Shown piece after piece: positions 24,104-37,699 of a stretch of 64,000 nucleotides of DNA. Position numbers and translations under genes: made by a program. Source of the DNA: Tubiluchus corallicola (lineage: Eukaryota; Animalia; Priapulida); contig JAQGDQ010000182.1 of the NCBI GenBank assembly GCA_030141605.1, forward strand, positions 248,001 through 312,000, written 5' to 3'. The stretch's first letter is position 1. Each line of letters starts with the position of its first letter. The notes beneath the pieces were generated by a model, which saw only the letters and a program-made list of their open reading frames with translations, had not been told where the DNA came from and did no database searches.

Positions 24104-27100
24104 ATGATGCCGCTGCCTAAAGCAATTCCACAAGAACTTCGGGCTTCATTTAATGCATCAGTGGGACGGACGTTAGCACAGAGATACAGAATTGAAAAGA
24201 AATTAGGGAGCGGAAATTATGGTACTGCTTATCTTGCTCAAGACCTAACGTCTAATAAAGAATGGTAGGTTTACCTAATGTTTATGGTCACTTGGCTTTG
24301 GTTACTTATTTGTCCAACCTTAAACTGGATATGAAATGCAAGGAGAGAACTATGTAAGCAAGATTTCAGAACTTTTATGAATTGTTTAGTGCAGTTACGC
24401 TTTGTCTGTGCATGTTACTAACTGCTGAATGATAATCGTAATTAAACACTGTTGATTACTGGTTACCATGTCGTGTTGTTTGTCAGGGTGGTTGTCAAAG
24501 AAATTCTAACAGGGACACTGCAACCTGATGAAACTGTTGATGCAGTTATGGAGGCCAAGTTACTGGCTAAGCTAAACCATCCTGGTATCGTTCGTTTCAA
24601 AGACAGTTTTGTTGATGGCGAATTCTTCTGTATTGCTACAGAATACTGTGAGGTATTATATTAGGAATTTAAGATAAACAAAAGATAACATCTTTTTATC
24701 TTGTATCACATATTTCACTGATCCTTTTTTATTTTTACCGCATGTATTTTGGTTTAAAGCAAAATTTGGATGCAAGCACAATATTTTTAATGATTTCGAT
24801 ATCAATTATACAAATTATGCAGCACTAGGACTTTGTTTAGCAGGTGTAGTCAACATTTTTTATCCTAGCTATTATGAGTGCTGACATTGCAAGATCTAGC
24901 AGAACTCGTAGGCTGATTTGTCATCGTTTTTCATTACGTTCTTATGTGTCAAGTTTTGCACTTTAATTCGTGTTAACACACAAGTGCAGAGGATTATAGT
25001 CATGAAACTCGCAGGGTAGATACCTGGGAAGGAAATTGATAGTGGTATGGTGAACTGTCAAAGAATCAAGGCACTGAACATTGGTAAGCTTTTAAAAGAC
25101 TGGGAAAATACATAACACTAAGTAACTCATAAAACTGTAGTAACGAAAGTCATGAAACTTGCAGGTTAGACACCTGGAATATGAGTTTCGCCAACTTAGA
25201 AATTAGAAAGAGCTTTATGATTAGAAAACTTAGAAGTGTTTAACTCGCAAATGCAGAGGATTGTAATCACGAAATTTGAAGGGGAGATACCTGGTGTACT
25301 TGCATGGTGAACTGTGACTTCAGTCAAAGGGGTCAAGGACACTGGATATCGGTCAGTTTTTAATTGCAATTCAGCTCCTAGGTGTTCAAGCTAAATTCAG
25401 TTTTTTCATAGGTATTTAGGCATTGTGGAGTAATGATCTACAGTTCTTTTACATTAATAAACTACACTGGACCAGGCATAGTCAAGTGATAAAGCCATCC
25501 CAGCCATACTTGATGATTTCAATGGATAACATTGAATAACTCTAAAACTGTAGTAACTAGAATCATGAAACTTGCAGAATAGACACCTGGAGTAGAGGCT
25601 CAAATAGTGATGTAGATAAAAAACTTAAGATTGTTTAAAAGTCGGGACAAGCGTCAAAATGTGATCTGCGTGCAGCACTATTCTAAGAGAACTTAATGTT
25701 AACTATCCTGCTCAGAGTAGGCATTGAGTTTTTGAGGTTTGTTAAGCATTCAATCACATATGAGTAAACCTCAGTGGGTCACACATAATCAAGGGATAAA
25801 CACCTGTCATTCTCAAATTGGATTTGTTTACGGGCCCGATGTCGGAGTCAAAACCGAGATAGGAATTGAAATGTGAAAACTAGCTCCAACTGCTCCATCA
25901 CACGTAACTAAAACGCATTGGACCAGTTACAGTCAAATGATAATTAGTCACGAGTATTATGCACACTAGTTAGTCACACTTGAGCATAACAGTCTCCAAG
26001 TATTAACATGAGTTAATCATTATCGACCAGATAGAGTCAGGTGAAACATGGTCATTGTGTTATACTTGCGGATTTGGATCTGAATTCTTTCAGTTTTGTT
26101 CATGTTTATCTCAATTTACTTTAGTTGTAAATTTAGTGTAATAATTATGAGCTTATGTACTGGCTATGATCATATAAAATATAAATTATATTATGTGTTA
26201 CTAAGTAGCCTATACCATAAACCTCCATTAACCTACATGTTCATTACACATGCCCTTGTAGCTTTGTGTATAACCACTCTAATATATATATATCTATTGA
26301 GAAAACCAATGAAACTTTAACTGCTTAACTGTTTCATATTACGACAAATTCTGATTTGCTAGTGTAAAAGATATGGTTTTGAAGTAGCATTGTTAACCTA
26401 TATTTTGATATGGCATAGGTACCAGAAAACCGTTATATATGGCCAGGTGTTTGAATGTCACATCTTACGATTTTTAGAACTTTTTACTTCACTTTTAATT
26501 CATCTATTGATATTCTATTTAGCCAAAAACAAGAACAGAAATTTACTGACATCATAATGGTTGTTCGCTCATTTTTATTTCAGCCATGTAACAAGTTTTG
26601 AGAAAAACGTTTTTGCAGGGTGATACTGTACTTAAAATACTTGTTATATCAGGTTACCAAAATTTAATACTTAATGTACGTTTATATATTTTTGTGTATT
26701 TAAGGGTGGCGATTTAGCCGACAAAATTGCTATGTGGAAAAAAGAGAAGCGAACATTTAGCGAATCTCTTGTTCTCGACTGGTTTGTGCAACTGATGCTA
26801 GCCATACAGTACATGCACCAAATGCGTGTGCTACACAGGGATCTGAAAACTAGGTACTTACTTTTCTGTTAAAGTACCTCTGTTTCACTTTATAGTACAT
26901 TATACACTAGACATCTACACATAATACATCTATACATTGTACACTATTGCTCTAGTATAACTGCATGTGTTTTAAGCAGCTTTTTCATTTGGGATGTGCA
27001 ACATACTGGAGTCCTTCATTCAAGTGCAAGTGTTACTACAAATGTTAAATGGTTGTGCTGAAAATAGAAATCTAGAGAATGGTTATTCTCTCAACGGTTA

Positions 27101-30100
27101 GGCTTATCCTTTAAAATGAGAACTTGAACTAGTAGAGGTTGTAATGATCATGTTCAGTGGATCATGCATTTTCATAACTAGTTGTTTATTCTTTAAGAAA
27201 AAAATATAATACATTCGAAATTGTTCATACCATCAAATATGAGCTGTTGAGACATTAAAGCTAGTTCACATTTACTAATTTGTCTATTACAACACGCTCA
27301 CATACAACAACAGTCAATGTTATGCTTGAAAATGCCGTAACAATATTTGATTATTACCAAAGTTACCAAAGAACAGTTACAACTGCAATAGATAATTATA
27401 TTTAAGCTTATTACAAAATTGTTAAGTGCAAAATCAATGCATATGTCATTGGATTCTCTAAGATATGGAATAACTAAACAATCAACAAACAATGGCAACC
27501 ACTTCCAAGTATATCTACAAACACATATACAAACAAATTTCATTTCAATAACACATTAACGTAAAACATGGGTTTGCCAAATGTACTCGCAAGAGAAAAC
27601 TGGCACTACATTAGAATCTAGTTAAACTAAAACCACAACAACATGGCCTGTGGCTTCCACTCATTACATTTAAATGGAAGGCAACATAAGTTGATACCTG
27701 CTACAGAGATGTTTTAACCACATTTAGATGTTCATATTTATTCTTTCTCAATGAGATAATTAACTGTAAGCACACTAAATCTGTAGGAGCATTATTGTGT
27801 CACTTATCCATTTATTAACCAAGTTTGCTATAGTTAAATCTTATTACCAAATGCACACAGTAACAATTCACCAATTTCTGTTTCATAAAAATTTATGTGA
27901 TGTCATCCAGAGAATTTATCTATGCTATAACAGCATTAGTCTTACATTGGTTTGTAAGTTTCTTTATTGGGCATGAAGATAGCAATGCTGCGTGTTTCAT
28001 GTAAAATGTAATTTTTTATAAAAATGAATGCTATGTACATTAAATTTTAACTTAGAGACTACGTTAATATTGAGGTAACTTTGCACTTTGTTCATTATTT
28101 TTTGTTGTAAAGCTATTTAAAACTGAAGATCAATAGTAACAACTGAGTAGTAGTTGCTCTGTTAAATAAAAATTTAGTGATTAACTATTAAATTTATGGA
28201 ATTATCAAAGTTTAATAAAAACTTAATTTTTGCAAAAATTAACTTGAGAATTATTTGTTTATTTTTAGAAACATTTTTTTAAAAAAGAACATGATCAAGA
28301 TTGGAGATTTTGGAATTTCTCGCATTATGATGGGTACAGCTGACATGGCAAGCACATTTGTTGGCACTCCATATTATATGAGCCCAGAAGTTATTAAACA
28401 CGAGGGCTATAATTCTAAATCAGATGTTTGGTAAGTCTTGTTGACCACGCATATGTCATAACACAGTACCGTCTAACTACATTTTCAAACATGTTGCTTA
28501 ATGATACAGAAAATGGATTTTTAATTGCATTTTATACTATTTATTTGCTTGTAGTCTAGTTTGTCTCATATGACACTGTTGCTTTATTGAAGATTATAAG
28601 AAAAGAAGATTTGTCTAAACTTAAGTTTCATAAGGCCATTTATTAAAACCTGATATTTTTGAGTTTTGAGTACTTTAAACTTTAAAAATGCAAGGAGCTA
28701 TTCTGCAAATCAGTAATTTTTCCTCTCTGGTTCCCCTCTTTCTCCTGCAAGGAACAGGGGTTTTAATTTGTTCGATACTTGTCTTTCTCTGGATGACTAG
28801 ATTTCAGTAAAACGGCGAAATAATTACTACCATTATAACTACATTGTTCTGGTTTCAAACTGCTACATTTCTAACCTAAAATGTAACACAAGTAACCTCT
28901 TATGGAAACGTTTGCAATCTGACAAGCAATAGAGCAGTAGGTTTTCGAAAAGTGTATGCACCAACTCCAAAAAGTTTGCCAGTTCTTGTTAAACTTTCCC
29001 AATGATAATAAGTCGAGCATTATTTGTATTAAAGAAGTTTTATTAAATTGAGTAACGAAACAATACTCGTTCATGTTGCTGTACCCTTGTCCAATATACG
29101 TCATTAATATACTTCATGTTAAAAAAATAAAACATACATTTGCTTAATTTTTTGTCTGACAAAATGGCTTGTCTTATTTTCATTTACCTAACTCATTCAT
29201 TAAAACTTTACCAATTGGTATTCCAGTATTTGAATTTGAATTTACTACGATGAGCAATTTGTAGCATGTACATGGATTACAAAGAGCACATAACATCTTT
29301 GTGTGAATAAGAATTAAGATCTAGCATTAAACATTCAATATTGAAATACGTGTCATTATGCCGAAATCATTAGTGTGTTATTGTTAGCAAATTTCTGATT
29401 AACAAGATATTGCTAAGTTTAAATCGTGTGTAATGATGATCTTATTAGCCTGTTAAAAAAATGTTTAGGTCTGCTGGCTGCATTTTACATGAACTATGCA
29501 CACTAAAACATGCCTTTGATGGTGCGGGACTAATGGGAGTAATGTATGCCATCGTAGAGGGAGCAACTCCTTCTTTACCATCTCCTTATTCAAAACAACT
29601 TGCTGATGTTCTTAACGTGATGTTAATCAAAGACCCAACCAAGAGACCCTCTGCAACTGAAGTTTTGAAGATTCCACACATTGCCAGTCACATGGAGGTA
29701 TTCTTGCTTGAGTTCTTGAACACTTTTCACTTATTTTTATTTTCGATTTAAATCAATACATAAGGTACTATATAAAACAAATAAGTGATGCAGATTACAA
29801 AACTATATTCACAAGACAAAAGATATGTACCAGCCTTTCATTAACTTCTATATATCTTTTCTGATGGCAATGACAAAAAAGAACTTGTGTAGCAATGCTG
29901 TATTTGTTGATTCAGATGCTAAAGCAAAAAATGAACGTCACCAGAGGCGCTAACACGACTAATGATGCCCAGACGACTGCGGCAACAGCAGCACAACTAA
30001 GTCACATGACGCCCATGGAGAGATTAAATCTACGAAAACAGAAAAAGGCAGACGAAGCAGCAAAGAAACATAAACAACTCGCTGCTGAAAACTTTGAGAA

Positions 30101-33100
30101 AAATCTGGAGCGGAAACAAAAACTAAGGACACAGACATTTACAGAGGTATGAATTAATTTCCTAATTTTACACCTGACAGAAACTAAATAAAATGGCAAA
30201 AGGGAAAAACATTTTTTAAATGCATCTAGAAACCAATTCCTTCTTTGGTCACTAATCTCTTTTATTGATATTCAGTATTAGCGCAATGGTAAGTATTGAG
30301 GCTAACAAACGTAAAAATTATATCAAATTTAAAAATTTTAAAGTTGGAACAAAATAAAGTTTTAGCACAAGTGAAAAATAATAGTTGTCTTAATTACTCT
30401 GTAAATCGAAAATTATATCTTTTTTGGAAGCCTGCTATTTGATTGAATTGTTCAAAAGATTATACATTTTTCGAAATATTTTGAACAGAAGTATCGTAGA
30501 AGTATTGTGGTAGTAGCCTAAACTTACTGTGGTCTATAACAATAAACACTGTTAAAAAATCAATTCCTGAGCTAAATTCGTTCACACAGTCTGTTTGCCA
30601 ATTAAAATGTTCATGAATCAAATCAGTTTTTCCTATAAGAAATATCGTAAATTGGATTAATCGGTTCCAGATCTGGAAATTTGCACTTGGTAGGATTAAT
30701 CCTTGTCTTCCATCTTCCTCAGTATGGCTCAATATTTTTGCAAATGACCAATAGCTTTTCACTGAATTTTTTTTCTTTATAAGTTGTAACTTGACAAAGT
30801 AAGGTGCTGGAAGACAGAAATTCCTATGAATTCATTGAATAAATTTGCAAATAGCTAATCATTTAATACACAAATACCGTAAGTCATAAAATTACTGTGT
30901 GCTGGAAATATTTGCTTGGAAAAATTTCCAAGCCTCATGCATTGTACTAGTATTTAAGTCACTTACTGATGCCTTGCAACAATATGTTGTCTTTGTATAA
31001 TGATAGGCATTGGATCATGCTATGCTAGTAGTCACCTGGGGATCTTGAATACTGTGAAATTGATTAGGCCTCAGTAAATAAATCTACTATTTACCTACTC
31101 AACAATGTAATTGTAACTAGGCAGAATGCGACTTTTTTGCTCAGTGAATTCGTGCCAAGTGATAGGAAGCAGTAAGCAGTGCTCTTCTTTAGCAAATACT
31201 AACTGTGTGCACTGTGAAGTAATACTGTAGGATCAGTGTTAGCAATTTTTTATGATTTGAGCTAATCCGTGTAGTTGCCCGAAGCAATATGCTCCAATGT
31301 GATGATGAGGAAGAGCTCCCTGATGAGGAACAGCTGCACATTTTTGAAAAACTACATTGTTAACAACGAGAGAATAGTGTGGTCCATGCAGTGCTCTAAA
31401 TTTACGCCGAACCTCAGTTGGTGATCAAAGAACCTCGTGCAGGCTTATTTTGCACTCCACCTCATTTCTACCATCACTGTAATTGCTATAGGAAAGGGGT
31501 TCCAACAAAAAAAATAAATAAAAACTGCTAAAAGTGTCTTTCCATTCATGTAAAAGCTTGCTGAGATTTGAGAAAAATTTTAAAAAGAAAAAAGGCTTTC
31601 ACTCAAAAAGAACATTTTGCAAACAGTGCACTGATGTGCAATTCGCACGACATATAGTTTACACTTTTTTCCAGTATACAGAACAACTTTGCGTTCATCT
31701 TCGTTATTGTCATTTTATTTTATTTTTTCATGTTAGAAACCTCCCTGGGTAGCAGAACATCCTGATGTATTTAACAGCACTGCATTTCAACCTAACCTCC
31801 CACCTCGAAGAAATGATGCTGGAAATGCTATTGGAGGAAAGAAGCCAGATAATGTTGAAGAAGGTAAACCATGTTACTCGAATTGCAATGGGATGTTAAT
31901 AATTACAGTAGTGTAAAAACGCTAACACTCCCAAATGTTGGACTGATAATGAGGTGTTAGGGTTGTATTAAACTGAATCTCTCTTGATTTTAACTCCTTC
32001 AAGACCGTAAGCGTTTGCTGCATTTTGTGTGCATTCACGACAAACTGCTTTAACAGATTTTTACATTTTCCAAAAATTGCTTTTGCAGTTTGTCCTAGAA
32101 ATAGCTGTCTTTGAAGAAATTTGATGAATATTTTATTATTATGTATTGTTTATAAGCACTCACTACAATGCCTAGTAATATTATCAGTGGTGCTGCACAT
32201 GATAAAAAGATGGACATGTCAAAAATCATGTTGAAAATTTCAGTATGTTATTGCAAAATCACACGAATGACATCAGGAATAACAATCAACATTATCAAAA
32301 TGAAAAAGAGCATTAGTATAAAATAATGAATCTAAGTTTGTATAGATTGTTATTTGCAACATGAGCACATAGTATTACTCAGTTATACACATGCTTGCTG
32401 TAACAGCGGGAGTCTTTCAATGTTGTTAAATTTTTTAACATCTGTAGCCCAGTTTTAGGTTCATGGGGTAACTGGTTCCATAAACATGGTTCCTATCCCC
32501 AAATATTACGTATTTAGTTTTCAGTATTTTAAGATGCAGATTGTCAACAAATCTTAAAGTATATGTCGAAGTAATAAACTCCAGCACTTTTGCCAAATAA
32601 GGTACTTCCCCCTTTTGGTGATTTAAAGGTAAGAACAAAAATAATAATTTTATCTCTGTGCGATATTTGCAATTGGCTGATAGTCAGTGCAGCTTCTTGA
32701 AAGACGGAGTAATGTAATCATAGTTGATAATGTTAAGGCAGTCCTAGCCGCCATGTCTTGAACAGTTTACGTAAATTTTAGTGTTGTAGCAAGAAAACCA
32801 AAAAGTAAAGCATTGCTAAAATCTAGATGAGACAGAAATGTTGTAAAAATTAACGTAATGATGCTGGGCAAAAAGATACTCTGCTTCTCTTACATGAAGC
32901 CACACGGCAAGATTGAGATACTTGCTATTTTAATGTAAAAAGCAAGCTGATTCGATTTTGATGGTAAGTGGCTGAGAAATGGGAAAAAAGAAATTTATAT
33001 GCATTGTGCATTCATTATCGTTCCCATCGTTGTCAGAACCCATCCTATCATAGATACCCAAGCAGAAAGATCTGCTATTTTTGTAGTTTTATTATATAAA

Positions 33101-35940
33101 TAAATAATTTTTTCCTTTTTGTAGATGATTACGAAGAAGACTTTGAAGAGGAAGATGATGGTAATATATCCAGCTTCTTACTTTTCATTTTGTTTTAACA
33201 TTTTTGATATCTTTATGTAATAAAATATTTTTTGGGTCAACTTTATTGAAATAACAAAATAAATATATTCACTCTTTTTTATCTTTGTCAGCAAATTTAA
33301 CATGGGTAATCAAGATGAATGCACATGGAGACCATAGTGTTTAGTAAAAACAGTAATGTGTTATTTTTCTGACATTCAAAATGTGACAGACAACTTTGGG
33401 CTCTGCAACCGAGGCTGGATTTAATTTCATGACCCCCGTCTCTTAATGGCAGTTTACGATAATCTCATTGTTTTTGCTTTATATTTCTTTTTTTTAAATG
33501 CAGTTCCAGTAACGAGTTACTGAGATAGTAGGCGTATATGGCTAATGTAATGGCTGTTTCTTGCTTTTTCTGTACAGAAATTCCAGCTGATCCGAAACTT
33601 GCAGATACATACTATTCCCAGTACGACGACTTTGAGTCAAGTGGTGACGAGGAGGCTGAGGAAGCAGAGGAAAGTGGTCGTCAGGGAAAGCGTAACCGCG
33701 ACGACTTTGGTCAACTGATTCATCACATGCAAAATGCATTGAAACTTGATGCATCAGGTACATGTCAATTAACTCAATCTTTATTTAAACTGGGCTTTAA
33801 ATTCAGCAGGTAATATAAGTCATGAGGGTTTTATCACTGACTGTAGGTAATAAGCAATAACTGCATACAGATATTTTATTACCTTGCTTCTACCCTGATT
33901 AGATTATTATTAGCTCACTTCTACTCTAAATGCCACACACCAGATAGGGCCACAGCAGATACCATTTTTTAGTTTTGGATATAAATTCATCACCTAAAAT
34001 ACTTATATCCACTTAAGTTAACCTATTAGTTTATGTGCCTTAATCTAATCATTTGCTGTCAGTTTAACATTAAACCGAACATTTGCTGGTAGAAACTATC
34101 TTGGAATTTGGCCAAGGTACTTTTTTCAGCTTAACTCCATATTTGAAATTTATTTCTAGTTCTTAATCACACGTTTGCCTAATTTGATTGGCATTCTCGT
34201 TTTTGGTGGCCATTTTGGATTTTGACCAAGATAAAATGAATTCTACTTGGCTCCATATCTGAAAATTATGAGCATGATTTAAAGCACTACTATGCCAAGT
34301 TTTATGCTTTTTCATTTTTTGCACAATTCTTCTCTTAGCAGCTGTACTAGTAGTAACGAATGAATAAGGACGGTGATAAAGAGAAAACCATAGTTCATAG
34401 CATAGTACGGTGAAAGAGAAAAAAATATATGAAAAAGTGAGATTGTGTGAGAAAAAGGGTGGAAGGAGCACAAACTGTATAAATGTAACTGATGCAATCT
34501 TATTTTACTAGTAATTATATTTTGGTAGCTTAGTGCTGTTGCTTTATTATTTTTCGTTATTTTCAGCTGGCACGTTTGGAGATGTTATTCAGATTTCTAC
34601 GTCTGCAAGGATAAAAAATCTACGAAGGTATACCTAGTTTTCTGCCTGTAGAAGTGCTTCAATGTTCAGGTACACAATATACGAAAAGATGAGATAAATA
34701 AGATTTTTATTGTGTTCTCACACAGTTCTAAAAGTAAGAGGGAGCGAAATCAATAATAATTTGAAATTTATTTAAATGTATTTATATCCTCCAATGAGTT
34801 TTGTTGTATACACGATTGGGTGTGTAATGGTGCGTATGCTTGAGTTACTCGTGTGTGGAGTAAGGCAGAAGACAAAGACTGTGTAGAATGCTTGGGGCAT
34901 TATTGTTAATGAGTGGACAGATTTCTTAAAGTTCGTCACTTCATATAGTTTCAACATTGTGCAAAGTGTTTTTGTTCGTTGCTGTTGTTTTATGGCGTGG
35001 TTGTGGGTGGTGTTGTGTGATGTGGGTGACACAGGGCGGATGGTTTTTTTAATATTGTAATATAACAGTAAAGCACTTTTACAGAACAATTTTTGAATGG
35101 TTTACATGAAACTGATAGAAGGGCATCATTCGAAAGTCATGTTACTAAAGTTTGTTCGTTTTACAAACAATTGCAAGAAAAATGTGCGTGTGTTTGTGTG
35201 TGCACATGAGGCAAGCGAGTAACCTAATTCTTCGCATTCCAGACTTACTTTGTTTGAGATTTTATCACAATTTCACTTATTTACATCACATTTGCTTTGC
35301 AGTATACAGTGATACTGTTGCAGAGAATTAGTTTTGTTGACATTTTATTGACAATATATATTACTTACATGAGGTTCTAGTCCTTTTTTATTGATAATAT
35401 TTGTTTTAACGATCTTTAGGGAAAAACATTAGGCTTTCAAATTTTACTATAAGTAAAGATGTCACATGAGTTTAGCATCTTTTTGCTATTATATTGTGGT
35501 TTGAACAGGTTTAAATTATTTGCTGTTAATTGGTTAGCTTATTGTTGAGTATTTAATAACTGTAGAAAAAAATATTAGGAAAACTTCTTATTTGCATAAT
35601 TTTCCTTCAAACACTTAATATGCTTCATGTTTATATGTGCATCTGATGCAACTTCATTCAGTTGGTGACATGCTGACAGATATTGTTTGTCTTTGCAGGC
35701 AGTGTGAGCTATGACATGCTGACACATGTTGTTTGTCTTTGCAGGCAGTGTGAATCAGTGTTAGGGTCAGACTTCATTAAAGTCTACAGCTACCTGAACA
35801 AGGTGAGATTTCAGTCAAAGAAACCGGTCAAAGAAGAAGAAGTGATGAAGAACTTGCGCCGACTCACCAAGCAACCGGGCGATTGTTTTCTAGTCGATCA
35901 GCTGCTATTTCTTGAAGAACAGGCTAAAATTGAGAAGTAG
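24104..35940 (+). CDS. NEK11: NIMA-related kinase NEK11, ~565 aa; exons 24104-24264, 24487-24652, 26705-26853, 28269-28430, 29469-29697, 29916-30146, 31737-31863, 33125-33160, 33578-33757, 34567-34627, 35745-35940
   Basis: [104 protein letters not shown] and [11 protein letters not shown] are NEK11-like. All exon phases chain into one 1698-nt frame. Confidence 0.93.
24857..25700. mobile_element. Helentron/HINE-like non-autonomous element with internal tandem repeats, in a NEK11 intron
   Basis: Four copies of catgaaacttgcagggtagatacctgg (~25001, 25151, 25268, 25564), a T-run at the start and short subterminal inverted repeats agtgctg / cagcact. Family assignment is inference. Confidence 0.55.
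35666..35753 (+). repeat. Tandem duplication (42-bp copies, 46-bp period) spanning branch point, acceptor and start of the last NEK11 exon
   Basis: tgacatgctgaca(g/c)at(a/g)ttgtttgtctttgcagGCAGTGTGA at 35666-35707 and 35712-35753; 2 mismatches. Confidence 0.95.
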
Positions 35941-37328
35941 CCATAATTGTATGTAGGATTTATGTAAGATGATAGCTCTGTCAGATTGTTCACATTGCCA
36001 AAACCTGTACTACTTTTTCTATATAGTGAAGTGTTATAGTCCACACTAAATAACATTGATTATAAAATGGTTAGATTTCACTGTTTTTTGAGCTAAACTA
36101 AATGTCCTGCTTTATTTTTCCCGAGCAGATATTTGAGGGTCGTAATTACTTTAATCGTGTATTTTTGAGTTGACTTGGATGTATTTAAAAAATAACTAGG
36201 TTTTCAAAGCATCATTTGCAATGTGGCCATAATGTACCTAACTAAGCACAGGTTAGTTGGTAGTTGCTATACCATAGTTGTGGGTAGATTATATTCAACT
36301 AGATTATTATTATTATATCTGCTATTTTTATAGTAGATGGTATTTCTCTTGCAGTTGTGGCAGTAATAATGGTCATAATAATTAATTGAGCAGGTATGGC
36401 TAAGGTGTTCATTAACTGGCTCACTCTGATGCGTATCTAGTCCATACTAAGTTGTTCAAGCCACTTGCTGTTTTTCACTTTAATGCACAAAATATCATTG
36501 TAGAGCAAATGTGACCATGTTATGAGATTATTGTTTTGAGAATTCTCACTAACTGCGTGTCTTTGGTAGAATTATGATGTTTTAGGGGGTAGAATTATTT
36601 CTTTTCTTTATTTACAATTAATACTTTTAATCCAGTGTCCATATTTCTTAATATAGATGCCTACTGTGCTAAAGTTCAGGAATATTTTTTCTAGTCCAAT
36701 TTGTGCTGTGATTATGCATTTTTTATATTATTTTAACTTTTAACAGTATTTTTGTTTTTATAAAAGTGTATAGTGTCCGTATATGAACAGAAGTGTTCCG
36801 TCCACATGAGGCCTGAACTATTGTTTAGTGATACTGTACTACTCTAGTCTTTTTAAAGTGCTGCTGCAGCCAAAGTTATCATGATTTATTTTGGTAAAAT
36901 ACAACAATGTTGCACATTGCTTCTAGGGGTGATTAAGTTATAGATAAATTTGTTTATGTAACTTGTTATTTTATTATAACTTATAACAATTTAATGTACA
37001 GTGTGAGTTAGAATTGTGGACGAAAAAAATTATGAAATGATTACTAAAGTATTTTCGATATAGTTAAAATTTTAACAAGCAATAACTCATAAAAAGCACT
37101 AATATAAGTTTATTTACATTTTATACATTCTTAACTATTGCAAAATTTTATAAGTTTGTCCTAACTTGTATCATAAGGAAAAAGGAAAGTACTTTCATTA
37201 GATTTTCTTGAAACATATATTTTCAACCAAGCTTTTTCTTTTGAAATTTTGAAAGCATGTTAGCTATATTTGCATCTTTGACAAAAGCGATGTATGTTGT
37301 ATTGCAAAATTTTACTGACTGCCTAAAC

Positions 37329-37699
37329 AATAAGCCTTTTCGCAGTTCCAGCCATTGATGATGAAAAGGTCAAAGGTTAAGTGTGCCAGACATTGCATTT
37401 GTGTGCACTTGACAATGCTTTGCAGCCCAAGTTATTGTAATAGCAACACCTATCTAGTTATCTAGAACCTTCATTTAGTTCATTTTTTCTTGTTCCCAGG
37501 CAAGATCCTACTAAGTAAATCACACTACGTGCAGACTGATGCACATTTCCACGTAGAACAACTGAAGTTACTGAACTTATAATTTGCTTTACTCACATGT
37601 CACGTGATGGTTGTTGTTAAGACGTGTTGCTTTGGTGCACTTAACCTTTGACCTGTATCAACTGCACATGCGCACAACAAAACTATGAAAAGGCTTATT
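37329..37699. mobile_element. 371-bp foldback element (MITE) downstream of the NEK11 stop
   Basis: aataagccttttc..agtt / aact..gaaaaggcttatt terminal inverted repeats, plus an inner inverted block aggtcaaaggttaagtg / cacttaacctttgacct. Confidence 0.8.

Noticed and set aside
31320-31370. CTGATGA...GAAA hammerhead-like core (similar at ~49280)
   Set aside because: Stems I-III cannot be paired properly around either core.
31990-32430. Possible TTAA-flanked piggyBac-like MITE
   Set aside because: Ends are not convincingly inverted repeats.
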